A program made the translations under genes and the position numbers. 64,000 nt of DNA, taken from NCBI GenBank assembly GCA_039794005.1, contig JBAMMA010000017.1, positions 124,837-188,836 on the forward strand, in the 5' to 3' direction. Below, piece after piece: positions 41,556-51,749 of the stretch (the first letter of the stretch is position 1; every line of letters begins with the position of its first letter). The notes under the pieces were generated by a model. It was not told the DNA's origin. It searched no databases and saw only the letters and a list, made by a program, of their open reading frames with translations. Source of the DNA: Thermoplasmata archaeon (lineage in GTDB: Archaea > Thermoplasmatota > Thermoplasmata > Thermoplasmatales > ARK-15).

Positions 41556-42896
41556 TTAAATAATTTCCTTGATACTCTTTTCAATTATTGATATTGCTGT
41601 ATTGATCTCCTCATTTCCTATTATGAGAGGAGGCCTGAATCTTATACCCTTTTCACCCGTCTTTAATACTAGTAGGCCATTTTTATATAATGTTCCAAAC
41701 AGTTTGTCCCTTGTGTTTGTATCCTTGAGGTCAAATGCATCCATAAGTCCTCTTCCCCTAACATTGTTCATTAAGGATGGATATTTTTCCTGAACTTCCC
41801 ACAATGCCTTGACAAAAACATCTCCCATCTTTGCGGCATTGTCTACCAATTTTTCTTCATGAATTATTTCTAATACCTTTGTACTTTTTACCATATCCAC
41901 AAGGTTTCCTCCCCATGTGGAATTAATCCTGCTAGAAACCTTGAAAACGTTATCTTCAATATCATCCACCTTTGGCCCTACCATTATGCCACATACCTGA
42001 GTCTTCTTTCCAAACGCTATGATATCTGGAATGACATCAAAGTGTTGGTGAGCCCACCATTTTCCAGTTATTCCTAGTCCACTTTGAACCTCATCAACGA
42101 TGAACATTATATCCCATTTCCTTGTTATCCTTTCAATTTCTTTCAAATATTCTTTCCTGAAATGGTTATCTCCACCTTCACCCTGAATTGGTTCCATGAT
42201 AAATGCTGCTATATCATCCGGATTTTCTTTAAGTGCATTCTCTATCTCCTCAAGACTCCTTTTCTCCAATTCCTGCACTTTTTTAAGATTTTCTTCATTT
42301 AGTGGGAACGTAATTTTTGGATTCGTCACTCTAGGCCAGTTAAATTTGGGGAAATATTTTGTCTTGTTTGGATCAAAAGTGTTTGTCAAAGACAAAGTAT
42401 ATCCAGATCTACCGTGAAAAGCCTCCTTTAAATGTATTACCTTGAATCCTTTTTCCTCTTTATACCCCTTTTTAAAATTTTTTCTTACTTTCCAGTCAAA
42501 GGCAGTTTTAAGTGCATTTTCTACTGCCAAAGCTCCACCATCTATAAAGAAGAAATATTTCATGTAATCTGGTGTCGCATATCTGGACAAGGCATCTACA
42601 AATTCTGCCATTTCAACAGTATATACATCGCTATTTGTAGGTTTATTTATCGCGGCATAGTGCACTTTTTTTAAGAATTCTGGGTCAAACATCTTTGGAT
42701 GATTCATACCTACAGCATTTGTTGCAAAGAATCCAAAGAAGTCTAAAAATTTTCTATCATACCTGGAATCGTATATCCATGCTCCTTTGCTCCTTTCAAG
42801 GTCCAAAACCATATCAAATCCATCTGTCAATATTCTTCTCGATAAAACCTCATGAACTTCTTTTGGAGTGATCATATCTGATGATAAGTCAATCAT
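41556..42896 (-). CDS. lat: L-lysine 6-aminotransferase (class III)
   Basis: GALAVENALKTAFDWK, AFHGRSGYTLSLT, FGKKTQVCG, RINSTWGGNLVDM. Confidence 0.9.
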   Translation of the reverse strand: MIDLSSDMITPKEVHEVLSRRILTDGFDMVLDLERSKGAWIYDSRYDRKFLDFFGFFATNAVGMNHPKMFDPEFLKKVHYAAINKPTNSDVYTVEMAEFVDALSRYATPDYMKYFFFIDGGALAVENALKTAFDWKVRKNFKKGYKEEKGFKVIHLKEAFHGRSGYTLSLTNTFDPNKTKYFPKFNWPRVTNPKITFPLNEENLKKVQELEKRSLEEIENALKENPDDIAAFIMEPIQGEGGDNHFRKEYLKEIERITRKWDIMFIVDEVQSGLGITGKWWAHQHFDVIPDIIAFGKKTQVCGIMVGPKVDDIEDNVFKVSSRINSTWGGNLVDMVKSTKVLEIIHEEKLVDNAAKMGDVFVKALWEVQEKYPSLMNNVRGRGLMDAFDLKDTNTRDKLFGTLYKNGLLVLKTGEKGIRFRPPLIIGNEEINTAISIIEKSIKEII

Positions 42897-42924
42897 AAAT
42901 AAAAAAATTTTTAATTTTAATTTT

Positions 42925-43490
42925 TCAATAATTACCAGAAAGGTTATCCAATATGTTAATCAATTTCAAAATAAATTATTATAGAATATGTATATGGATC
43001 CAAACCATGATAATACAGATCTTTGAATTTCTATTTAAAATTCATAGGAATATGGTAAGATGAATTAAAGGATAAAACATTATCATTATCTCAATTGATA
43101 ATAATTTCTAACATATTCAAATCAAATATATTATTTTCCATATATATTATATAATTTTAAAATTTAAATTAGGAATTTTTTTGTAAGCATGATATCCATG
43201 ATTGTGGAAATGCTATAAATATAATATTTTCATTTTTTAGCAGTATTACATAATTTTTATATGATATGTCAAATAAAATATTATAATTACAGGATCAATT
43301 TTTATTTTATATTTTTGACATTTTATAAAAATTAGATTTTCAAGTCCATAATATGATAATATTCCAACGATTTATCATTTATTTACCAAATATTCATTTA
43401 TATTAAATCTTGATTTTTTACCTCCATTTTCAGTATATTTATTAACAATTTATTGTTCTATTATTCATTATAAAAGGAAGTAAAAAATGA
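42925..43490 (-). pseudogene. eroded tandem paralog of the adjacent alpha/beta hydrolase
   Basis: Minus-strand fragments FNINEYLVNK**IVGILSYYG and LDPYTY...ILDNLSGNY* match VNIYQQLVNAGFTVGIVSFY and LINNLNGNY* of the neighbour; 5' limit approximate. Confidence 0.7.
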
Positions 43491-43502
43491 AATATAAAAA
43501 TT

Positions 43503-44375
43503 TCAATAATTTCCATTCAAATTATTTATCAAGGTGTTTGCAACATTTTGGTCCTGGAAATAGCAATATCCATGATATGTGTAATTCACAATAGTAATTG
43601 TGTGCAGGGCATGGAAAACATATTGATAATTGTGATATATGTCTGTGGCTGACTGAACTGTGACTACACCATCATTCTGCATACCATGGAATAAAATCTT
43701 TGCCCACCAGGGTGTGCAATCTCCTGCATATGTCATAATTACAGTGTTTGGATAATTATTTATTATATTTTGTTCATTGCTCTGAAGATTCATGATGAAT
43801 TGTGACCCCGGCGACATTTCTTTAATCTGATATCCATAATTATCCAATAGCCCAAATTCTTGTAAATATGATACTACCTTAGCGTATGGAGTTCCTCCAA
43901 ATGGAGTTCCAATGAAAATTACATTTTCCAGGTTTGCTGAAATTAAGTAATTTTCTAGCATGTATGCCACTACAAGACCTCCCATACTATAGCCAACAAT
44001 ATCTAGATTTATATTTCCATATATGCTTGTTAGATTATTAATACCAAGATATAGTTGATATGAAATATTTTCTATTGGAGTATTATTTGTTCCATAAAAG
44101 CTGTTGTTTGTTATTTGTAGTCCATTGCTAAGATTTATTACAAATGGCCCAAGGTAGAAAGACACAATTCCCACTGTAAATCCAGCATTAACTAACTGTT
44201 GGTATATATTAACCCCCATCATCCATTGCCCATTTCCTGGGTCATTAAAACCATTTACAAGTAGAACAAAAGTTGGATTATTAACATCTGCAAAAGTTGC
44301 ACTTGGCATTAGTGATAAAACAATCATCGATATGCCTACCAATATAACTATTCCAATTACTATCTTTCCTGCCAT
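43503..44375 (-). CDS. secreted alpha/beta hydrolase (lipase/esterase-like)
   Basis: Signal peptide, GYSMGG nucleophile elbow, GTPFGGT, NDGVV, LHT. Confidence 0.85.
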   Translation of the reverse strand: MAGKIVIGIVILVGISMIVLSLMPSATFADVNNPTFVLLVNGFNDPGNGQWMMGVNIYQQLVNAGFTVGIVSFYLGPFVINLSNGLQITNNSFYGTNNTPIENISYQLYLGINNLTSIYGNINLDIVGYSMGGLVVAYMLENYLISANLENVIFIGTPFGGTPYAKVVSYLQEFGLLDNYGYQIKEMSPGSQFIMNLQSNEQNIINNYPNTVIMTYAGDCTPWWAKILFHGMQNDGVVTVQSATDIYHNYQYVFHALHTITIVNYTYHGYCYFQDQNVANTLINNLNGNY

Positions 44376-44519
44376 CGAACCGTATATTAATTAATCCTTT
44401 ATAAAATTTTCTAAAATATTCAAATTAATTTAGAATTTTTTTAAAAAATTTAAGGAAATTAATTACACAATTGGGTAAAATTTATTAATGTTTAAAAAAT
44501 AATACCCTCAGGATCAAAT

Positions 44520-44912
44520 ATGAGAATTTGTATTGCAACATCTGGTCCTGGTGGAATGAATGATTATGTTAGCCCGGTTTTTGGTAGGTGTCCAACATTT
44601 ACTATTGTTGATGTTGAAGGTACACAAATAAAAAATGTAAAGGTGATCCAAAATCCAGGATACTATTCATCAAGCGGTGCAGGTGTTTTGGCCGCTCAGG
44701 AAATTGTTAATGAAGGATGTAATGTATTAATATCTGGATCGGTAGGACCAAATTCATATCAGGTATTGAGCATGGGTCATGTTGATATGAGGTCATGTTC
44801 ACCTGTGACTGTTAAAGATGCTATAAATGCATTTTTGGAAGGAAGGTTGCCAATTTCTGTTCCTACCCCAGGCGGAAGGCACGGTATGGGAAGAAGGTTT
44901 GGCCAATGGTAG
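44520..44912 (+). CDS. NifB/NifX family cofactor-binding protein
   Basis: FGRCPTF, GAGVLAAQ, GPN; Gly/Arg tail. Confidence 0.9.
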   Translation: MRICIATSGPGGMNDYVSPVFGRCPTFTIVDVEGTQIKNVKVIQNPGYYSSSGAGVLAAQEIVNEGCNVLISGSVGPNSYQVLSMGHVDMRSCSPVTVKDAINAFLEGRLPISVPTPGGRHGMGRRFGQW

Positions 44913-44916
44913 CATT

Positions 44917-45756
44917 ATGATAATTGGAGTAACTGGCGGTAAAGGTGGTACAGGAAAAAGCACTTTTGCTGTAAACATATCTACAATATTATCCAGGAAA
45001 TACAAGGTAAAATTGATTGATGCAGATGTTGAATGCCCAAATGACCATATACTTTTGTCTAGAGAATTAAAAAATGAGAAGAGGGAACATGTATTCATAC
45101 CTTCTTTCAATTATCAAAAATGTATCAAATGCGGTCTTTGTCAAAAAAATTGTGGTGAAAATGCAATTGTAATGTTCAAGAACGGTTATCCGTTCCTTTT
45201 ACCCAATTTATGCTCTTCTTGTAAAACGTGTTATTTAATTTGTCCAACGGATGCCATAGAAAACGGTAAAAAAATCATAGGATCAACATTCATAACAGAG
45301 ATCAATAATAATCTTGTATTAATAACTGGAATGCTAGATCCAGGACAGGAAAGATCATATCCAATGGTATTGAGAACTTTGGAAAGATCAAATGAAATAG
45401 AATCAGAAATTACAATAATAGATACATCTGCAGGAACTGGAAATCATGTAGCCGCATCTTTAATGGATGCAGATTTTGTTTTCATAGTTACAGAACAAAC
45501 ACCTTTAGGTCTACACGATTTGATGATGATTGAAAAGCTTCTAGAAAAAATGGAAAAAAAATATTATGTTATCGTAAACAGATATGGAATATCGGATATA
45601 AAAATTGAAGATAAAGTTGTAGGAAATATACCATTTGACAGTAGGATTGCTGAAAGCTATTACAAGGGAATCCCTGCAGTTGATTTGTTTAAGGATACAG
45701 AAATTGAAAGTTATTTTTCCAAGCCTTTAGAGGTAATAGGAATATGGCAGAAATAG
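44917..45756 (+). CDS. MinD/CobQ-like P-loop ATPase with inserted 2x[4Fe-4S] ferredoxin
   Basis: GGKGGTGKS, DADVECPN, two CxxCxxC motifs. Confidence 0.9.
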   Translation: MIIGVTGGKGGTGKSTFAVNISTILSRKYKVKLIDADVECPNDHILLSRELKNEKREHVFIPSFNYQKCIKCGLCQKNCGENAIVMFKNGYPFLLPNLCSSCKTCYLICPTDAIENGKKIIGSTFITEINNNLVLITGMLDPGQERSYPMVLRTLERSNEIESEITIIDTSAGTGNHVAASLMDADFVFIVTEQTPLGLHDLMMIEKLLEKMEKKYYVIVNRYGISDIKIEDKVVGNIPFDSRIAESYYKGIPAVDLFKDTEIESYFSKPLEVIGIWQK

Positions 45757-46619
45757 TTGTCGCAAGCGGAAAAGGAGGAGTTGGTAAATCCACAGTACTA
45801 TCATCATTGGCTATATTTTTCAAAGAAAAGAATAACGCAATAGTAGATGGGGATGCAGAGGCTCCAAATTTACATTTATTGTTTGATGTTGAATGGTTGG
45901 AAGATAGAGAGTACAAGGGTAAAAGTATAGCCGTTGTTAATCATGATAAATGCAATTTATGCGGTAAATGTGTTGAAGTTTGTGAATATAAAGCTATAAA
46001 GCTGGAAAAAAATAGAATAAAAATTCTAGATTATATTTGTGAAGGTTGCCGTGCATGTGTGGTTACATGTCCTGAAAAAGCAATAGAGATTAAAAATGAA
46101 ATCTATTCTGGCAGGATAAGAATTGGTAGAACAGAATATGGTCCTTTCATATCTCCTGAATTAGAACCCGGTCAATCAAACAGTGGAAAGCTCGTCACAG
46201 AGGAAAAAAATATTGCAAGATCTTGGAAAGAAAAGGGTATAAAAAATATACTGGTGGATTCTGCCGCTGGTATAGGTTGTCAGGTAATAGCATCAATGGG
46301 AGGAGCAAATTATGCAATTTTAGTCGTTGAACCAACCAAATCAAGTTTCTCGGATATGTTAAGAGCCTACGATCTTTCTTACCATTTCAGAATTAAGAGT
46401 TTTATAATAATAAACAAATATGACATAAATCCAGGATTTGATTTGATAGAAAAATTTTCAAGGGAAGAAGGTATTGAAATAATAGGCAAAATTCCATACG
46501 ATAAAAATATCCCAATATCAATGGCAAGAAACATGCCAATATTTTTATATGATCCAAACTCACCTTCAGTAAAAGCAATGAAAGACTTTTTCCCATCAAT
46601 ATCAAACATATTCGAATAA
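45744..46619 (+). CDS. second MinD/CobQ-like ATPase with ferredoxin insert
   Basis: SGKGGVGKS, CNLCGKC, CEGCRAC, NSGKLV, AAGIGC. Confidence 0.9.
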   Translation: MAEIVVASGKGGVGKSTVLSSLAIFFKEKNNAIVDGDAEAPNLHLLFDVEWLEDREYKGKSIAVVNHDKCNLCGKCVEVCEYKAIKLEKNRIKILDYICEGCRACVVTCPEKAIEIKNEIYSGRIRIGRTEYGPFISPELEPGQSNSGKLVTEEKNIARSWKEKGIKNILVDSAAGIGCQVIASMGGANYAILVVEPTKSSFSDMLRAYDLSYHFRIKSFIIINKYDINPGFDLIEKFSREEGIEIIGKIPYDKNIPISMARNMPIFLYDPNSPSVKAMKDFFPSISNIFE

Positions 46620-46676
46620 TAAAACAGAGTTAAAAATAAAGTAAAATTAAAATCGATTAAACATTTTATCCAATTT

Positions 46677-47585
46677 ATGGGAAATGAAAATTTGAAAGTA
46701 TGGCTAGATGGTAAAATCATTAATTATAATGATGCAAAAGTTTCAATTTTAACGCATTCTTTGCAATATGGTTCAGGCATTTTTGAAGGCATAAGGGCAT
46801 ATATGGGAGAGCACGGTGTTTTAATATTTAGGTTAAGGGATCATATATTAAGATTTTTGAATACAGCCAGGATATATTACATGAATTTAAATTACACATT
46901 ACAGGAGCTTGAGATGGCTGTAATAGATACTGTAAAGGCAAACGGGAAAAACGATTTTTACATAAGGCCATTCGCATTTTACAACGACGATAATATAGGT
47001 TTATCACCATTTAAAAAGAAGATTTCAGTATTTATAGCAGCGGTTCCATTCAAAGAGTATTTGAGTGAAAAGAACGGTGTTAGAGTTAAAATATCTTCAT
47101 GGAGGAGAATGAATTCAAATATTCTTCCAATAAAGGCAAAGGCCAGCGGTAATTATTTGAATTCAATAATTGCTCACATGGAAGTAAAGGTAGCGGGATA
47201 TGATGAAGCAATTATACTGGATGAGCATGGGTATGTGGCGGAGGGACCCGGAGAAAATATATTCATTATTAAAGATAATACATTAATAACGCCGGGTGAT
47301 GAATCCAACATTTTGCAGGGAATTACAAGAGATACAATAATCAAAATCTCCAGCGATTTAGGTCTATCTGTGAAGGAAAGAATGATTCACAGGGAGGAAT
47401 TATACACAGCAGATGAATTATTTTTCACAGGCACAGCTGCAGAAATATCGCCAATAGTAGAAGTCGATAATATAAAAATAAACGATGGTAAGATTGGTGA
47501 AAATACCAAAAAGATCAAGGAAATGTACATGGAAATTGTTAGGGGAAGAATATCTAAGTATAAGGATTGGTTGATAGAGGTATGA
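46677..47585 (+). CDS. ilvE: branched-chain amino acid aminotransferase
   Basis: HSLQYGSGIFEGIR, KASGNY, EGPGENIF, LQGITR. Confidence 0.95.
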   Translation: MGNENLKVWLDGKIINYNDAKVSILTHSLQYGSGIFEGIRAYMGEHGVLIFRLRDHILRFLNTARIYYMNLNYTLQELEMAVIDTVKANGKNDFYIRPFAFYNDDNIGLSPFKKKISVFIAAVPFKEYLSEKNGVRVKISSWRRMNSNILPIKAKASGNYLNSIIAHMEVKVAGYDEAIILDEHGYVAEGPGENIFIIKDNTLITPGDESNILQGITRDTIIKISSDLGLSVKERMIHREELYTADELFFTGTAAEISPIVEVDNIKINDGKIGENTKKIKEMYMEIVRGRISKYKDWLIEV

Positions 47586-48928
47586 ATTACGTAATTATAG
47601 GCCTGGGAACCGCTGGGGTTTATGCAACAAGATATATTTCCTCTATTGATAGGGAATCAAATATTATAATAATTGAAAAAAATAAATATGAATCATATTC
47701 TCCATGTGGTATTCCATTTATAATAGAAAAGGGAGAAAATTTGGATTTGCTAAAACATCCATTCCCAAGGACAAAGAGAATTAATGTATATATAAATCAT
47801 GAAGCTAAGGAGATAGACATTATCAACAAAAAGGTAATCTTTGAAGATTTAAATTCGAAGGAAATAAAAGAAGTTCAGTATGATAAATTGCTTTTTTCAA
47901 CCGGCGCAGAACCTTTTATACCACCAATCAAAAACGCATCGGATTATCTCAATAAAGGTGTTTTTGTAATCAAAAGGCTGGAAGATGCTGAAAATCTAAC
48001 GAATTACATAAAGAAAAATGAAGTTAAAAATATTGTTATCGTAGGTGCAGGACCTATTGGTCTAGAAATGGCATATTCAATGAAGAGTTTTGGCCTAAAT
48101 GTAAATGTTTTTGAAATGCTGAATCAAGTATTCCCAAAATCCCTGGACCCAGATATGGCTGAAGAAGTACAAAAATTCATGACCGAAAATGGAATAAAGA
48201 TAAATCTCTCATCTCCGGTTGATGAAATTGTAGTAGATGGAAAAAAGGTAGTTGGAATAAAATCTAAAAACAATTTTTATCCTGGAGATGTAGTAATTTT
48301 AAGCGTTGGTTTTAAGCCAAACACAGAACTTTTAAAGAATAAAGTAGAAATGGAAAAGAATTTCATAATTGTGGATGATCATATGAGAACATCAAATTCT
48401 GACATTTACGCGGCTGGAGATAACGTAATGATAAAGAATTTGATAAACAACGAAAAGACAGTTTTTCAGATTGCCACAGTTGCAGCAAAACAGGGAATGG
48501 TGGCAGGAATAAATATGGCAGGTAAGGAGGCAATATATTCAGGAACAACATTTACATTTGTTTCAAAGATTGGTTCTTTGGAAGTCGCATCAACCGGATT
48601 GACAGAATCAGAAGCATCAAAGAAAAGCAAGGTTTATTCTGCAAGGGCTAAAGGATTAAACAGGCCTAAATATACTGGTGGAACTGAGATTATCATGAAA
48701 ATTATATGTGATGAAAGTGGTAAAATTTTAGGAGCCCAGGCCATAGGGGATCAGGCATCACAAAAGATAAATGTTATCTCTATGGCATTAAGGAAAAATT
48801 CCAATATTATGGACATATTAGCAAATGAAATGGCATATTGCCCTGAAGTATCTGAACTGTATGATATAACTAACATGGCCGCAGATCTCCTTTTGAAAAA
48901 ATTAAATATACAGAAATTTATAATATAA
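47582..48928 (+). CDS. CoA-disulfide reductase / NADH oxidase family flavoprotein
   Basis: GLGTAG, YSPCGIP active Cys, GAGPIGLE, YAAGD, AYCP. Confidence 0.88.
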   Translation: MNYVIIGLGTAGVYATRYISSIDRESNIIIIEKNKYESYSPCGIPFIIEKGENLDLLKHPFPRTKRINVYINHEAKEIDIINKKVIFEDLNSKEIKEVQYDKLLFSTGAEPFIPPIKNASDYLNKGVFVIKRLEDAENLTNYIKKNEVKNIVIVGAGPIGLEMAYSMKSFGLNVNVFEMLNQVFPKSLDPDMAEEVQKFMTENGIKINLSSPVDEIVVDGKKVVGIKSKNNFYPGDVVILSVGFKPNTELLKNKVEMEKNFIIVDDHMRTSNSDIYAAGDNVMIKNLINNEKTVFQIATVAAKQGMVAGINMAGKEAIYSGTTFTFVSKIGSLEVASTGLTESEASKKSKVYSARAKGLNRPKYTGGTEIIMKIICDESGKILGAQAIGDQASQKINVISMALRKNSNIMDILANEMAYCPEVSELYDITNMAADLLLKKLNIQKFII

Positions 48929-49035
48929 TTAGGAATTTAAAACATTTTTTAATTTTTCACATATTTTTTTGATAATTTTCCAACTAATGTAATGTTTGAT
49001 AAAATTATTATAAAGTAATTTTAATAGGTATAGTA

Positions 49036-50082
49036 ATGTCAAATTTATTGTGGACATTTATCATCGTTTTTATTTTAATTTGGGTAGTATTATTCATTTT
49101 AATAAAATTAATAAAAAATAGGGAGAAGGAGGAGATTGAAAAAAATTTGGAGGAGGAGGCAATGAACAAAATAAAAACGATGGAAGGAATGGTTAATGAA
49201 ATAAAGAATCTCAGTTTAGAATATATCTCCTTGGAAAATATGTTAAACAAGGCAAGGAATAAGCTAGAGGTAGAAAGTTATCAAGATGTATTTGACATTT
49301 ACAACGATTTTCTAATCTCGTACAGGAGAATCAGGGAGTCCGGTAATGTTGTATTTCAAGAAAAAGGGGAAACAAAAGAGGAAGATAAGAAAAAGGTATT
49401 GGAGGAATTACCTAAAGATTATCTACCTGCTAAATTCTGGTTAAGCAAAGCGGAAGAGGCAATAAAAAACATGGATGAAAATACAAAGAATGAGGCGATG
49501 AAATATCTATCTTTAGCAAAATATTATTTTGATTCTAAGGAATATACAGAATCAATAAAATATTCGAATAAGATTGTTAGGATTTTTGAAACAAAAAAGG
49601 AAGAAAAGATAGAATTTGAAAGGTCAAAAGAGGGAATGGAAGAATATTACATGCCATCAAAGTTTTTGATAGAAAAGATAGAGAGCAATTTAGATAAAAT
49701 ACACGGAAGAAAAGAGATTGAGGAACACCTGAAAAAGGCGAAAGAATACTTTGACCAAGGATATTACAGGGATGCCATGATAGAAGCTAGAAAGGCAGAA
49801 GAGAACTTTGAAGAATTCATTAAATTGAAAAAGGAAGTAAAGGTGGAGGAGAAAAAGGAAGAAGAGATCGTTTTAGACAAATATTATTTGCCTTCAAAAT
49901 ATTGGATATCCAAAGCCGAAAAGGATTTATTATTGCTTCCAGAGGAATATAGGCAAAATTTTGAAAGCAAATTGAATGTGGCAAAAAATTCCTTTAAAGA
50001 TAAAAATTATTTTGATGCAATGAAAATATCTATAGAAGTGGACAGAGAGATTCAATTAATGCTTGAGAGCATCCAATCTTAA
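49036..50082 (+). CDS. membrane-anchored helical protein with three tandem repeats
   Basis: N-terminal TM; YLPAKFW / YMPSKFL / YLPSKYW repeat starts. Confidence 0.8.
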   Translation: MSNLLWTFIIVFILIWVVLFILIKLIKNREKEEIEKNLEEEAMNKIKTMEGMVNEIKNLSLEYISLENMLNKARNKLEVESYQDVFDIYNDFLISYRRIRESGNVVFQEKGETKEEDKKKVLEELPKDYLPAKFWLSKAEEAIKNMDENTKNEAMKYLSLAKYYFDSKEYTESIKYSNKIVRIFETKKEEKIEFERSKEGMEEYYMPSKFLIEKIESNLDKIHGRKEIEEHLKKAKEYFDQGYYRDAMIEARKAEENFEEFIKLKKEVKVEEKKEEEIVLDKYYLPSKYWISKAEKDLLLLPEEYRQNFESKLNVAKNSFKDKNYFDAMKISIEVDREIQLMLESIQS

Positions 50083-50976
50083 TTTTAGCTCACACGATTT
50101 GCATATTTCAGAAGTTGTTGGATCCCCACATATCTTGCATTTATTCAATTTAGTATTTTTATAATTTTTTTCCAAATTCCTCTTTATTTCATCATAAAAA
50201 GAGATAATTGAATGCCTGCTCCCCGGATGTCTAGATTCCCATAGATCCACGCAGTATCTAAAATCGTTTCTCAAAGCTCTGGATGCATAAGGACATTCTC
50301 CATGGTAAAATTTGATATTTTTTAAAATTGCATATAATAATACTTCCTTTTCTGGTATCATCCTCAATGGCTGAATTCTTGGAATTAAATCCTCTTTTAT
50401 TAAATCGTGTGGTCCCAATCTTAATAATCTCTCGACATCACCCCTTACCATATTCATTACGATGCTTTGAGCTGTATCATCAAGGTTCAAACCTGTCGCA
50501 ACATAATTGGCCCTTAATTCCTTTGCTGCCATGTTTATAATTTTTCTCCTGAATACACCGCAATATGTGCATGGAACCAATTCTCCATCAATTTTTGATG
50601 CCTCATCTATCGAATAACCGATATAATCCTTTATTTTATACACATGATGTTCTACACCCAATTCTTTAACAAATTCTGATAGATATTTCAATGCAATGTC
50701 CCTATATCCCTCTATTCCCTCATCTACAGTTATGGCTATTATTTCCACGTCCTTTCTTACAGAAAATATCTTTTTCATTAAATATAACGCTACAGATGAA
50801 TCCTTACCACCTGAAACTGCAACTGCAATTCTATCACCTTTTTTAATGTTTACCTGTTTTCTAATTTCATGTTTCACTCTTTTTTCCAAGAAGTCTATAA
50901 AATGCTCCTTGCATAAATGCTCACCATTGTATCTTATGAATATCACGGCATCCCTTTCGCATCTATCACATTTCAT
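50056..50976 (-). CDS. ttuA: tRNA 2-thiolation protein (TtuA/NcsA, TIGR00269-like)
   Basis: CxxC..LCxxH, SGGKDS, CTYCGVFRR, C-terminal Zn finger. Confidence 0.88.
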   Translation of the reverse strand: MKCDRCERDAVIFIRYNGEHLCKEHFIDFLEKRVKHEIRKQVNIKKGDRIAVAVSGGKDSSVALYLMKKIFSVRKDVEIIAITVDEGIEGYRDIALKYLSEFVKELGVEHHVYKIKDYIGYSIDEASKIDGELVPCTYCGVFRRKIINMAAKELRANYVATGLNLDDTAQSIVMNMVRGDVERLLRLGPHDLIKEDLIPRIQPLRMIPEKEVLLYAILKNIKFYHGECPYASRALRNDFRYCVDLWESRHPGSRHSIISFYDEIKRNLEKNYKNTKLNKCKICGDPTTSEICKSCELKLRLDALKH

Positions 50977-51019
50977 TAGAATTAAAAACATTAATATTTA
51001 TTTATGATTTTCCAAAATT

Positions 51020-51736
51020 ATGGAAACTTCAACACCCACAGATTTCTCTAGAATGGCGGAAGAGATACAAGATTTATTAAAAATGATAGGACTAACGGAT
51101 TATGAAGCAAAGGCATTTCTGGCAGTTGTATATTTGGGAGGAAGCGATGCCGAAAATATTGCTCGTGTAGCTCAAATTCCAAGGACATCTTCTTACAAAG
51201 TTTTGGAATCATTGGAAGAAAAGGGATTAGTAATACCCGTTGAAGGGAAACCCAAGATATATAAGCCGAGAGATCTAAAAATTTTGGAGGAAGGATACGT
51301 AAGGAAGATCAAAGATCTATTTTCATATTTGAAACTTGCCCAGGAACTTTATGGAGAGAAGGGGGAGCCTCAAATTGTATATACGCTCTATGGAAAAAAC
51401 AAGGTATTGCAAAAATTGGGAGAATTAATAGATAAAAGTGAAGAGGAAATATACCTTTCTTCACCAAGGCTTCTTGATATTAAAAAAGCACTCTCTGAAA
51501 ACATAAAAAGGGCATTGCAAAGAAACGTAGAGATTATAATTGTGACATCCAGAACACAAAGGGCCCCTGCTGGAACAAAAGTTCATTACAGAGACTTTTT
51601 GATTGCCACAGATTTTGTATCAGATAGCAAGAGGGCTTTCATTGCAGATGCAGAACTAAATGCATGTGGTTTTACAGAAAATCCAGTGTTGGCCGAACAC
51701 CTCAAACATTTTATAGAAATGTTGATGCATTTATAA
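51020..51736 (+). CDS. TrmB family transcriptional regulator
   Basis: GLTDYEAKAF, IPRTSSYKVLESLEEKGLV. Confidence 0.92.
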   Translation: METSTPTDFSRMAEEIQDLLKMIGLTDYEAKAFLAVVYLGGSDAENIARVAQIPRTSSYKVLESLEEKGLVIPVEGKPKIYKPRDLKILEEGYVRKIKDLFSYLKLAQELYGEKGEPQIVYTLYGKNKVLQKLGELIDKSEEEIYLSSPRLLDIKKALSENIKRALQRNVEIIIVTSRTQRAPAGTKVHYRDFLIATDFVSDSKRAFIADAELNACGFTENPVLAEHLKHFIEMLMHL

Positions 51737-51749
51737 AAATTAAAAAATT

